Program-made: the position numbers and the translations under genes
Origin: Eledone cirrhosa
Lineage: Eukaryota
Length of the DNA: 64,000 bases
Assembly: GCA_964016885.1 (NCBI GenBank)
Contig: OZ024753.1
Span: forward strand, 15,748,001-15,812,000
Direction of reading: 5' to 3'
Notes under the pieces: generated by a model
The model's input: the letters and a program-made list of their open reading frames with translations, nothing else
Databases searched by the model: none
What the model was told of the DNA's origin: nothing
In this document: positions 24,950-38,205 of the stretch, in pieces
Numbering within the stretch: the first letter of the stretch is position 1
How the letters are laid out: every line of letters begins with the position of its first letter

Positions 24950-25101
24950 GAACAACACAATATATAACTACTCCATTACCAAAGGTTTCAGGACCCTGGA
25001 CAATATTAAAATATGTCTGGATTGTTTATCAGACAGAGATGTTATCATTGTCTAGGGTCCTGAAACATTTGGTAATGGGGTAGTTATATATTGTGTTGTT
25101 C
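24950..25101. mobile_element. Fold-back element with ~55-bp arms
   Basis: gaacaacacaatatataactactccattacc...gacaat / attgtc...ggtaatggggtagttatatattgtgttgttc. Confidence 0.8.
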
Positions 25102-25902
25102 ACTTTCTATTTAAATATATATATATATAGCTACACAGTAATACAGAAGACCCGCCTTGCCTAAGTACAAAACGAAACCTACAGTCAGTAGGCACCTCTT
25201 AATCAAAATACACCCCCGTGCCACTACTCCTACCCCCACCCCCCATCTACACCACCCCTTTCTCTGTAAAGTTATGTTGGTAACACAACATCCAGTCCTA
25301 AATAAATGTGGCCGTGTAGGTAACACGGTAAAAACCTCCCAGTCCACACTGTAAACGTGGTTGGTGTTAGGAAGGGCATCCAGCCGTAGAAAACCTGCCA
25401 GACAGTCCTATACGAGCGAGACAACCAATCTTGCTTCAAGTGGGACAACGCCCGTCTAAACCCATGCTAGCGTGGAAGATGGACGTTAAACGATGATGAT
25501 GATGATATATAAATATATATATATATAGGAAAATAGTCAGGATCCCGACAGCTAAGCTCTGGCCGTTTCGACAGATAGGGTGTAGCGTGAAGTTGCTGTA
25601 GGTTCACCCAGGTGAGCACTTGTTTAGATTCATGTTTGTAGCGAGGGGTAGAACTAAACATAGGAGGTCCGATGAGCTTTTGATTCCAGAGTTGGGCCAG
25701 ATCAAACCTTGAGCTGATCAATAGCAAAATGCACATCCAATAAACATAATGAAGGCTTAACAAATTGTCCTTGTATTATTATTATATATACAAATATGTG
25801 TATGTATGTGTTAAGTTTTTCCATATAAAAGGCAAAGGAAAGAAGAGTGCTCTATGTGTAGTACAGAGCTATTTAGTTACATAATAAACAACACAATATA
25901 AT

Positions 25903-26921
25903 GGTCACAAAACTTCAATATGCGATAAACATAACAAATTTTAACCGGAGTGTGTGTGCTTAGGACAATGGGATTGATGAGCTAATATCTGTGTACAACA
26001 ACTACAACGGTATGCGATGGGGCCCACCCACAGCCCCGGCGGACAGAATGGAGAAGGCGTTTCCCTGGAGGACGGCAAGGAAGACGCGCTGGAAAAGCCA
26101 CTCCAACTCGCAGGGCTCACACCTGCGGCTGGCCAGCTCAGCGCCTATGGTGGTGAGTGAGGAGGTAGCGTAGCCCTGGGGCCGGGGACACCAGAAGTCT
26201 CCACTGCCAGGGGTACGACCGCAAACCTATTGGAGAGCAACTGGTATCTGAGGAGTTTGGCCCCCTCAGCCCGACGTGCAGCAGAACCTGGGTCAGTCGC
26301 AGACTGCACCAAGTTGCAGCTGCAGAAAGTGTCGGTGCAAGTGGCATCCCAGACGAGGAGTTTGCCACCGTGGAACGGGAAGATGGTCATGCCATCTGGC
26401 CTTTTGCCGTCCCTTTGATCCAGCCCCACCGGCTCGAGCTGGGTAGGGAAGCCTGCAGCATCCAAGCCATGCTTAATGACCTCGTTGAGGGCAGCATGGC
26501 GTGGAATGCGGACGGCACTGTGGTGACAGGAAAGTGGGTGGAGGCCGAAAGAGTCCACGGTGGAACCGCAACGACATTTGTGTGGCTGGCAGATCCGGAG
26601 GCCGAGTCTCAGGGAAACGCTGATGCGCAGGCTATGGTTGTCTAGCTGCGTGCCAGTGGTGAAGGAGAGCAGTGCATGGAGCCAGGCACCACTGTGGGTT
26701 TTGGAGGCCGCACGAAAACAAGCAAGGCGGTGCTGGTCGAGCTGGCGCGTGAGCCTGTCTGAGGCCAGGCTGCACTGGATGGCATCCCAGGTGCTTTGGG
26801 GGACTTGACATCATCAGGGGAGAAGGAGGAGGGACGTCTACTGGGCCAAGTCCCAGCCGGTCCCATGTCTCACAGGCAGCCTCACGTTCTCTGAGCACAG
26901 AGGGCTCTGTTGTGTTTTGAG
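25903..26921 (-). mobile_element. CRE-like non-LTR retrotransposon 3' fragment (CCHC plus restriction-like endonuclease)
   Basis: GLHPLSC..RHAALN..EPVGL..DGKRPDG..WDATCTDT..AEGAKLLRY..VPLAVETSG; GC-rich; flanked by aatataat at 25895-25902 and 26922-26929. Confidence 0.82.
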
Positions 26922-27029
26922 AATATAATTATTCCATTACAAAAGGTTTCAAGAAGCTAGACAATCCTTACAGAAACTTCCATTATGTTGTTTATTATGT
27001 AATAATATATATATAATGTACATATGAAG

Positions 27030-27755
27030 GAATGCTTCTGTGTGTATGTGTGTGTAAGTTGTGCATATGTTTCTGTGTGTGTGTATATGTGTGTGTAGGT
27101 GTGTCATCATCATCATCATTTAACATCCATCTTTTACGCGAGTCGATGATGACACGCACACACACACAGAGAAACATACGCACACATGTACATACACAAC
27201 TTACACACAGAGAAACATACGCACACATGTACATAAACAACTTACACACACACACACATACACATGTGTGCATATGTGTGTGTGTATGTGTTTGTGTACA
27301 TATACGTTTGTGCATGTATGTGTACATGTGTATGTGCGTTTGCATATATGGGTATATGTGTTTTTGTAAATATGTGCATATGCTTCTGCATGTGTGTATA
27401 TGTGTGTGTGTGTGCTTATGTGTATCTGTGTGTGTGCGCATTTGCATGTGTGTGTGTAATGTGTGCGTATATGTGTGTGTGTGTCCATATAAGTGTGTGT
27501 GCATATGTGTATCTGTGTGTGCGTGCGTGTGCGTGCGTGTCAGTGCACGTGCATGCGCATGTGTGCATGTGCATGTGTAATGTGTGCGTATATGTGTGTA
27601 TGGGTCCGTATATGTGTGTATGTATGTGTGTGCGTATGTGTGTGTGTATATATGTGTATGTGCGTGTGTGTGCATGTGCATGTGTGCATGTGTAATGTGT
27701 GCGTATATGTGTGTATGAGTTCGTATATGTGTGTGTGTGTGTGCGTATGTGTGTG
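27030..27755. repeat. Compound (TG)/(CA) low-complexity tract
   Basis: Direct reading. Confidence 0.9.
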
Positions 27756-28589
27756 TTGAACGTAGATTATAACATAAAATATTTTCCACTTCACCCGTCA
27801 CATATTCAAATATTTTTAAAACGGGTGAACTGTAAAATTATTTAGTACGACACAAATATTTTATTAGTAAAATATAATAAAGTCGCTAAATAAATGCAAA
27901 TGTCCGACATATTTCTAAGAATGAGAGTTAAGACATCTTGTCTGTTTCATGCAGAGATATGACTGATGTTTATAACTCTCTTGTTTTAAATGTCGGTAAA
28001 ACATTGATTTTTTTTAATGATTATTCCGAAGACAACTTTTATGCCATCTTGTTTATGGAAAATATAATTCTCTATGTGAAGTTAAGAGGTTTATTGCTTA
28101 AAGTGTTCGACTCATTGATCGTAGAGTGAGGAGTTCAATTCCCAGACCAAAGGATTCTGTTCCCTGAACAAGACACCAGCCCAGGTCTTTCTTGGTCTAC
28201 CTCTACTGTGACTTCCTTCCTCTTGGATTTCCCAGTGATCATCATCTATATACATCACATATCCATACTAATACATATATGTGTGGGGGGTGTAGTTATG
28301 GGTATGTGTGTGTGTGTGTAAGAGGGAGATTGAGGAAGATATAGGATAGAGTTGTGAAGAATGACCCCTAAAAACTGAAGAAGATGACACGAAATTGAAT
28401 TATCTAACAGCTCCCATTACTTGAAAAGACGAACCCATCACTAATACAATCTTTATAAAGAGGGGGTGGTGATGCCTCAAAAATGCACCTAGTACAATCT
28501 GTAAAGCAGTAGTGTTAGATGCAGTTTTGTATCATAAAGAGATATTGAGGAAGAAACTAATCCAGTATTGGACTAGACAGGATGACAGG

Positions 28590-29645
28590 CAATGTTGACA
28601 TCTGCAAGGTTTGAGGTAACATTGACCGTGGCATGGTTTGAGGTAACATTGACCTAGGCAAGGTTTGAGCTAATGTTGACCCGGGCAAGGTTTGAGCTAA
28701 CATTGACCTAGGCAAGGTTTGAGCTAATGTTGACCTAGGCAAGGTTTGAGCTAATGTTGACCTAGGCAAGGTTTGAGCTAATGTTGACCTAGGCAAGGTT
28801 TGAGCTAACATTGACCTAGGCAGGGTTTGAGCTAATGTTGACCTAGGCAAGGTTTGAGCTAATGTTGACCTAGGCAAGGTTTGAGCTAATGTTGACCTAG
28901 GCAAGGTTTGAGCTAACGTTGACCTAGGCAAGGTTTGAGCTAACGTTGACCTAGGCAAGGTTTGAGCTAATGTTGACCCGGGCAAGGTTTGAGCTAACGT
29001 TGACCTAGGCAAGGTTTGAGCTAATGTTGACCTAGGCAGGGTTTGAGCTAATGTTGACCTAGGCAAGGTTTGAGCTAACGTTGACCTAGGCAAGGTTTGA
29101 GCTAACGTTGACCTAGGCAGGGTTTGAGCTAATGTTGACCCGGGCAAGGTTTGAGCTAACATTGACCTAGGCAAGGTTTGAGCTAACGTTGACCTAGGCA
29201 AGGTTTGAGCTAACGTTGACCTAGGCAGGGTTTGAGCTAATGTTGACCCGGGCAAGGTTTGAGCTAACATTGACCTAGGCAAGGTTTGAGCTAATGTTGA
29301 CCTAGGCAGGGTTTGAGCTAATGTTGACCTAGGCAAGGTTTGAGCTAACGTTGACCTAGGCAAGGTTTGAGCTAATGTTGACCCGGGCAAGGTTTGAGCT
29401 AACATTGACCTAGGCAAGGTTTGAGCTAATGTTGACCTAGGCAAGGTTTGAGCTAACGTTGACCTAGGCAAGGTTTGAGCTAATGTTGACCCGGGCAAGG
29501 TTTGAGCTAACATTGACCTAGGCAAGGTTTGAGCTAATGTTGACCTAGGCAGGGTTTGAACTAACTTTGACCTAGGCAGGGTTTGAGCTAACTTTGACCT
29601 GGGCAGGGTTTGAGCTATCTTTGAACTGGACAGGGTTTGAGCTCA
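28590..29645. repeat. 27-bp minisatellite, ~39 copies, embedded in a decayed SINE-B-like element
   Basis: Unit ggcaaggtttgagctaatgttgaccta. Confidence 0.95.
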
Positions 29646-29704
29646 AAGAGCAAAGAGCCAAACAACTAATACCATAAAACATTCTATCATACATTCTAAA
29701 AACT

Positions 29705-30100
29705 TCCTAAGCAGAAATATGGAACAACATGTTGCCTACCAAACATTCTATTGATACCCCAAGCAGAAATATGGAACACCATTTGGCCCACTAAACTATC
29801 AAATGACTCCCCAAGCAGAAATATGGAACATTTGGCCTACCAAACGTTTTAATAATTCCTAAAGCAGAAATATGGGACAACATGTGGCCTACAAAATGTT
29901 CTAATGATGCCCCAGGCAGAAAGATGGAACATCATTTGACTTACCAAACGTTCTAATGACACGCCAAACAGATATATGGAACAAAAGTTGGCCTACCAAA
30001 CATTCTATTGATGCTACAAGCAGGACTATGGAACACCATTTGGCCTACTAAAAGTTTTAATGACTCCCTAAGCAGAAATATGGAATAACATTTGGCCAAC
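29705..30100. repeat. Degenerate ~52-bp tandem repeat, ~8 copies
   Basis: aagcagaaatatggaac recurs at ~29709, 29761, 29813, 29862 and onward. Confidence 0.85.
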
Positions 30101-30627
30101 CAAGATGAATAAAAAATTCTTCAATATAATTATCCATTCAATTGAATTCTAGAATCAAATAGTCCGCCTGCTTTTACGATGTAGAATGGAAGTAATATTG
30201 CACATTTGGTATGAGTTTACATCCATTATAACTAGTGTAGTTTAAACCAGTTCAAACGTAAACACATAAAACTTGCTTTTGATAATATAGAATTGATTTT
30301 GGATTTACCAATAATATCAATCTTAAATCATTTTCATATATGTGTGCGTATATATTTGTGTGAATGTGTGTATGTATGCATGCATATTACTTCCAAAATC
30401 CATTGAAATTACCTTCATATATTATTGCTTTACATTATATATATATGTATATGTGTGTGTGTATATATATATGTGTTTGTATATATATATGAAATATAGA
30501 TTCGTAAATACATGAATATATACACAAAGAAGAATTTATATGAACAAATATATTTATATGTATATAGAGAGATACTGAGATAGATAGTTGTATAAATATA
30601 TCATCATCATCATCATTTATGTCCGCT

Positions 30628-31305
<678 letters not shown>

Positions 31306-31423
31306 GCAGCTGTATGTATACCAATAATGGACACCATAACTGAAGTTATATCTCACGTATCTTTATGGTTCATTAGCCCTTGTCAACAATGACCTGCCCT
31401 CTTCCTCCCAATAGCTTGATGTT

Positions 31424-31455
<32 letters not shown>

Positions 31456-31951
31456 TACATGCGATAACATTACCAATTTTAATGTACAAAACAAATATAC
31501 CAACTACTTATGTTTATCAAGCTTTCTCAGTCATGTCCGCTAATTAATCAAGCGGAACGATATCCAATCTAGCAAACATGTTTATAGTTGTTTGCATAAA
31601 AATATTGAAATGCTTTCTTTTACCGTTTTCAGCCATTAGACTGCAGCCATTTTCTCCAGCACCAACTTAAAGAGGTTTAGTTTGCTGTTTTAAACCTAAT
31701 GCTTACTGTATATACTGGAATATAAGCCAAAAAGACACTGAAAAAACGCACCCACCCCACACTGTAAATGTGGTCGGTGTTAGGAAGGCCATCCAGCTGT
31801 AGAAAACCAGCCAGAGACACCTCTGTATGAGTGAGACATGGTCATCCAACACAACTTGCCTCAAAATAGGACCCGTCTAACCCATGCTAGCGTGGAAGAT
31901 GGACGTTAATTGATAATGATGATGATGATGATGATGTATATATATATATAT

Positions 31952-32192
31952 TGAAAAGATAACAAGGACGATTGGTTACTCCTTCATTATATTTATTGGT
32001 AGGTGACACGTGTTTCACCACTGATCGGCTCAAGGTTCGATCTGTATCGATCTTACCCAACTCTATTACCCGGATTATAGAGTCGGGTAAGATCGATACA
32101 GATCGAACCTTGAGCTCATCAGTGGCGAAACGCGTGTCACCTACCAATAAATGTAATGAAGGAGTAATCAATCATCCTTGTTATCCTTTTCA
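31952..32192. mobile_element. Fold-back element with ~115-bp arms carrying the 3' half of a hammerhead
   Basis: Near-perfect palindrome centred ~32070; ggc-GAAA-cgcgtg-TC-acct at 32124-32142. Confidence 0.85.
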
Positions 32193-32301
32193 CTATATAC
32201 ACTCTGTCTAGCTCTACACCTCATCACAGAAGTAAACCTAAACATCGAGTGCTCTCCCGGGTGAACCTGCAGTAACTCCAAGTTACACTCCCTAGATATA
32301 C

Positions 32302-32342
<41 letters not shown>

Positions 32343-32422
32343 AATATATATATAAATTATTCCGGGTTGAATCGGAGGTAACCACAGTAAGTAAGGTACT
32401 CAATACATGGCAGAGTATAAAA

Positions 32423-32551
32423 GTTTTAATATAGAGGAGCTTCTACAGGACTAGAACTGTTTCATTGGTAAGAAATCATCAGGGAGTACCCCTGATGATT
32501 TCTCACAAATGAAACAGTTCTAGTCCTGTAGAAGCTCTTCTATATTAAAAC
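32423..32551. mobile_element. Palindrome with a hammerhead-like core in each arm
   Basis: CTGATGA (32492-98)...GAAA-cag..ctg-TA on + and its mirror image on -. Confidence 0.7.
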
Positions 32552-32679
32552 ATATATATATAATTGTTTTCCGCTCTTAACATGGTGGCTACAAAAGGAT
32601 GATGCTGTCACCTGCCACGTGGTGTTTTCTGAGGCTGCTTACTTGTAAACAAACGGAATATTAATAGTGTTATGATATT

Positions 32680-32866
32680 GGTGGATTGGCAGTATCGGTA
32701 GAGGGTCAGACGCCATGCTTTTCCAGCATAGAGTTACGTCCCTTTACAGTCTGAATTCAAATCCCGTTGAGGTTAACTTTGCCTTTCATCCTTACGGGGG
32801 TCGATAAAATAAAGTACCAGTAATGCACTGGGTAATTGCTGGCCTTGTGCCAAAAGTAGAAACATT
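32680..32866 (+). mobile_element. SINE-B
   Basis: Match to the SINE-B consensus. Confidence 0.88.
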
Positions 32867-32921
32867 TATTATAATATCATTATTCACTCATGAATACAAT
32901 ATATATATATATATATATACA

Positions 32922-33245
32922 ATATATTAACAAATGGAAACTATATTTATAAAACCATATTTATTTCATTATACATATTTCAAGGACACCAAAGCAAATT
33001 ATGGTGCGCTTTCATCAAATAAAATATAATATAGATCAGTTTTATAAACAAATATTGACATACCCTTAAAAGAGCTATCTGGGAGCTTCCAACCAACATG
33101 GTCGCATTCTTTTAAGGGTATGTCAATATTTGTTTATAAAACTGATCTATATTATATTTTATCTAATGAAAGCGGACCATAATTTGCTTTGGTGTCCTTG
33201 AAATATGTATAATGAAATAAATATAGTTTCCATTTGTTAATATAT
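32922..33245. mobile_element. Fold-back element with ~140-150-bp arms, each with a mutated hammerhead core
   Basis: Arms ~32922-33073 and ~33109-33245; cores TTGATGA (-) and CTAATGA (+, 33163)...GAAA-tatg-TA. Confidence 0.85.
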
Positions 33246-33597
33246 CGTATTTTTACTCCAAAAATTTGTTGAGTGCTTTATATCAGTTATAAAAATATTT
33301 GCCTGTTGTATCCCAACAATTTAAATATAACTTCTACATATATATATATATATATATTGCTAGATATTTAATGTTTGTGAGATCCCTTCCCATCTATTTT
33401 ATCCCTTTCTCATTTCTTCCAACCACTTAAATGAGCCAGCACTTCTACCCACTGATTTCTAGCCTTTGAGGTAAATTTTACCCGACACCACCATTGACGG
33501 TATTTTTGCTGTTTTACAGCTTCCTTGCACTGAGTTCTTCCAATACTATAGGAATTCTAATACACTCATGTTTCAAACTTGATATTCGAGATACATT

Positions 33598-33970
33598 TGG
33601 CTTAGTGGTTAGAGCATTGGGCTTGCAATCGAAAGGTTGTGAGTTCAATTCTCGGACCGGGTGATGTGTTGTTTCCTTGAGCAAGACACTTTATTTCACA
33701 TTGCTCCAGTTTACTCAGCTGTAGAAATGAGATGATAGGACTGGGGTCCCTATCATTCCACTGTAAAGTGGTCATGTAGGCGCCACGGCAAAAAAACACC
33801 CAGCACTCACTGTAAATGAGGTTGGTGTTAGGAAGGGCATCCAGCTGTAGAAATCAAGCCAGAATAAGTTCAGCCGACCAGACACTGCCCACAACAGGAC
33901 AACCCGTCTAACCCATGGTAGCGTGGAAGAACGGACGTAAAACGGTGAAGATGATGATGATGATGATGAT
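33598..33970 (+). mobile_element. Full SINE-A
   Basis: tggcttagtggttagagc A-box, gagttcaattc B-box, body, tail, (GAT)n. Confidence 0.9.
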
Positions 33971-34299
33971 ATATATATATATATATTTATACAGTATATA
34001 TAAGGTAGATCAAATGAGTTGATAATAGAACTGTATAAGGCAGAAGGATATTCCAAGTTTGAATGTGATTTTATTATCGTCAGTTAGAGGAGTTAGATCC
34101 AATTGTAGATGTCCAGTCACAGTAGATTTACAACATCACAGACCATATATAAAATGAATAAATAAATAACCAAGGTTAAATACATTATTTAATTGATTTA
34201 CACATGTTTCAAATTAATTAAATAATCAATGCAGAGCTCCAGTATGGTCATAGCCTATGGCTGAAACCAATAAAATATGTACAAAATTTGAAAAACCCA

Positions 34300-35922
34300 A
34301 TATACAGTCAAATATAAGCTGAGAATATGTGACCAAAAAGTCAATAGTAAAATGGGAGGTGGGGCAATGGCTTATATACAGCGGGCATCTCAAACTGGGG
34401 GTCACCCGAGGGCCACATATGACAACTAATTGCGCACATTACAAATAATATTTTTTATTTTATATTACAAAGATAAAACATGATCGCACTGTAAAAACCT
34501 TTGTATGAGCCACAGGAGTGCTTGTACAGCGCCACAGGTGTGCTTGTAAAGAGCCACAGGTGTGCTTGTAAAGAGCTACCGGTGTGCTTGTACAGAGCCA
34601 CAGGAGTGCTTGGAAAGAGCCACAGGTGTGCTTGTAAAGAGCCACAGGTCTGCTTGTAAAGATCCACTGGTGTGCTTGTAAAGAGCCACAGGTGTGCTTG
34701 TACAGAGCCACAGGTGTGCTTGTACAGAGCCACAGGTGTGCTTGTAAAGAGCCACAGGTCTGCTTGTAAAGATCCACTGGTGTGCTTGTAAAGAGCCACT
34801 GGTGTGCTTGTACAGAGCCACAGGTGTGCTTGTACAGAGCCACAGGTGTGCTTGTAAAGAGCCACAGGTGTGCTTGTAAAGAGCCACAGGTCTGCTTGTA
34901 AAGATCCACTGGTGTGCTTGTAAAGAGCCACTGGTGTGCTTGTACAGAGCCACAGGTGTGCTTGTACAGAGCCACAGGTGTGCTTGTAAAGAGCCACAGG
35001 TGTGCTTGTAAAGAGCCACAGGTCTGCTTGTAAAGATCCACTGGTGTGCTTGTAAAGAGCCACAGGTGTGCTTGTACAGAGCCACAGGTGTGCTTGTACA
35101 GAGCCACAGGTGTGCTTGTAAAGAGCCACAGGTCTGCTTGTAAAGATCCACTGGTGTGCTTGTAAAGAGCCACTGGTGTGCTTGTACAGAGCCACAGGTG
35201 TGCTTGTACAGAGCCACAGGTGTGCTTGTAAAGAGCCACAGGTCTGCTTGTAAAGATCCACTGGTGTGCTTGTAAAGAGCCACAGGTGTGCTTGTAAAGA
35301 GCCACAGGTGTGCTTGTAAAGAGCCACAGGTGTGCTTGTAAAGAGCCACAGGTCTGCTTGTAAAGATCCACTGGTGTGCTTGTAAAGAGCCACAGGTGTG
35401 CTTGTAAAGAGCCACAGGTGTGCTTGTAAAGAGCCACAGGTGTGCTTGTAAAGATCCACTGGTGTGCTTGTAAAAAGCCACAGGTGTGCTTGTACAGAGC
35501 CACAGGTGTGCTTGTAAAGAGCCACAGGTGTGCTTGTAAAGAGCCACAGGTCTGCTTGTAAAGAGCCACAGGTCTGCTTGTAAAGATCCACTGGTGTGCT
35601 TGTAAAGAGCCACAGGTGTGCTTGTACAGAGCCACAGGTGTGCTTGTAAAGAGCCACAGGTGTGCTTGTACAGAGCCACTGGTGTGCTTGTAAAGAGCCA
35701 CAGGTGTGCTTGTAAAGAGCCACAGGTGTGCTTGTAAAGAGCCACAGGTGTGCTTGTAAAGAACCACTGGTATGCTTGTAAAGAACCACAGGTGCGCTTA
35801 TAAAGAGCCACATGCCTGGTCTAAACAATGTGTTTATTGGCTGCCTTGGCTTATAAATGGGGGTTGGATTTTTGCCCATTTCTCAGTCATAAAATAGGGG
35901 GTTGGCTTTTATTCAAGTACAT
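34300..35922. mobile_element. MITE-P interrupted by a hAT-like MITE that contains the 22-bp array
   Basis: MITE-P halves at ~34300-34378 and ~35818-35922; insert starts cagcgggcatctcaaact and ends gccacatgcctg followed by gtctaaac. Confidence 0.6.
34505..35812. repeat. 22-bp minisatellite, ~59 copies
   Basis: Unit gccacaggtgtgcttgtaaaga. Confidence 0.97.
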
Positions 35923-36095
35923 ACAAGGGTCAGCTGAAGGGTTTATAGGCTGACTATGAAAGGAGTGATGCTAGGGTTGTGAAATCTTGCATGCTTTATT
36001 TTCAACTCTTCTTATTAATAACTGCATTGTTTCCTTCCAGAGACCATGCTGAAAAATAAACCTCATTTGGTCATTCCATGAGAGTATCTTGATCA
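35922..36095 (+). mobile_element. Mariner-like MITE, single-unit copy of 8860-9350
   Basis: agggtcagctgaagggtttataggctgactatgaaaggagtgatgctag... Confidence 0.7.
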
Positions 36096-36109
36096 GGTTA
36101 CTAACACTT

Positions 36110-36365
36110 GTACAGTACTTTTTTCAAGTCTGGTACTTATTCTACCAATCGCTTTTTGTTGAACTGCTAAATTACTGTGTTTAATCACAGACACACACAT
36201 TAAGAATACTATGTGCTTCCACACAGTTTTCATCTACCAAATTTCACTCACAAGAAATTGGTACAGCTGAGCCTGTAGTAAAAGACACTTGTCCAAGGTG
36301 CCACACAGTGTCACTAAACCTGAAACCATGTGGACGTGAAGCAAACTTCTTAACTACCATACTTG
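36110..36365 (-). mobile_element. Decayed third SINE family
   Basis: ctaccaaatttcactcacaag...gacacttgtccaaggtgccacacagtg...; related pieces near 11100-11260. Confidence 0.55.
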
Positions 36366-36424
36366 CAACTTATAGTTATATATATATTTTAAATAGTTGA
36401 CAATTGTGGTTTAATTCTTAACTG

Positions 36425-37613
36425 CTGGAATATCAGTTGAGGAATATGTGACCCAGTGTATATACTGGAATATAAGACATGGTACATGTGACCCAGTGTA
36501 TATACTGGAATATAAGACATGGTACATGTGACCCAATGTATATACTGGAATATAAGACAAGGAATATGTGACCCAGTGTATATACTGGAATATAAGACAA
36601 GGAATATGTGACCCAGTGTATATACTGGAATATAAGTCAAGGAATATGTGACCCAGTGTATATACTGGAATATAAGTCAAGGAATATGTGACCCAGTGTA
36701 TATACTGGAATATAAGACATGGTACATGTGACCCAATGTATATACTGGAATATAAGACAAGGAATGTATGACCCAGTGTATATACTGGAATATAAGACAA
36801 GGAATGTATGACCCAGTGTATGTACTGGAATATAAGACAAGGAATGTATGACCCAGTGTATGTACTGGAATATAAGACATGGAATATGTGACCCAGTGTA
36901 TATACTGGAATATAAGACAAGAAAATGTGACCCAGTGTATATACTGGAATATAAGACAAGGTACATGTGACCCAATATATATACTGGAATATAAGACAAG
37001 GTAGATGTGACCCAGTGTATATACTGGAATATAAATCAAGGAATATGTGACCCAGTGTATATACTGGAATATAAGTCAAGGAATATATCACCCAATGTAT
37101 ATACTGGAATATAAGACATGGAATATGTGACCCAGTGTATATACTGGAATATAAATCAAGGAATATGTGACCCAGTGTATGTACTGGAATATAAGACAAA
37201 GTAGATGTGACCCAATGTATATACTGGAATATAAGACAAGGAATATGTGACCCAGTGTATATACTGGAATATAAGACATGAAATATGTGACCCAGTGTAT
37301 ATACTGGAATATAAGACAAGGAATATGTGACCCAATGTATATACTGGAATATAAGACAAGGAATGTATGACCCAATGTATATACTGGAATATAAGACATG
37401 GAATATGTGACCCAGTGTATATACTGGAATATAAATCAAGGAATATGTGACCCAGTGTATGTACTGGAATATAAGACAAGGAATGTATGACCCAGTGTAT
37501 ATACTGGAATATAAGACAAGGAATATGTGAGGCAGTGTATATACTGGAATATAAGACATGAAATATGTGACCCAGTGTATATACTGGAATATAAGACAAG
37601 GAATATGTGACCC
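36425..37613. repeat. 40-bp minisatellite, ~30 copies, at the left end of MITE-P
   Basis: Unit ggaatatgtgacccagtgtatatactggaatataagacaa, continuing into the MITE-P body to ~37770. Confidence 0.95.
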
Positions 37614-37978
37614 AAAAAATCAATGGTAAAATGGGAGGTTGGTTTATGTAGACCATCTAAACAATGTGTTGATTATTGGTTTATAAACAGGGTTTGAATT
37701 TTCATCTATTTCTCAGACATAAAATGGGGCATAGTCAGCTTATATTTGGATCAACATACATTCGAGTATACCTGAAAAAAAAGGAAAAATATGGTGGGGA
37801 GAAGACTCACACACTCAATCACACATCACAGGGGTATTGGAGTCTGCCAGCACTACCCTGAGTGATATTGTGGCTAAGGCACTGGAATAACTATGGAATC
37901 TTGCAGTCATCATCTGATACTTCGGTAAGGTAAGATAGCAATGATGATAAGAACTTTATTGTAAGGAGCCCAGCCCCC

Positions 37979-38205
37979 TTAACCCTTTAGCATTTACATT
38001 ACTCTGTATATACTATTGTATTTTCATGATATACATTTTATTTCATAATTATCTCACAAAATATCAAATCTATGTGATTTTGATGTTATTTATTTTGAGA
38101 ACAATACCTTAACATAAGTGTGAGCAGCTGGTTATGGCTGGTTTGAACAGAAAGAGGTGAGAGAATTCTGGCCAGATATAGCCAGTTTAAATGCTAAAGG
38201 GTTAA
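37979..38205. mobile_element. piggyBac-like MITE
   Basis: TTAA-ccctttagcattta...taaatgctaaaggg-TTAA. Confidence 0.85.

Noticed and set aside
28370-28405. CTGAAGA...GAAA hammerhead-like string
   Set aside because: No stem I or II pairing; lies in a decayed LINE 3' end
28557-29525. 322-aa LAQTLPRST repeat ORF
   Set aside because: 27-bp SINE-derived minisatellite; open only because unit length is a multiple of 3
33598-33660. tRNA gene-like A/B boxes
   Set aside because: SINE head continuing into SINE body and tail; no complete cloverleaf
34455-35879. Three overlapping ORFs of more than 400 aa
   Set aside because: 22-bp unit lacks stops on the minus strand, so all frames are open
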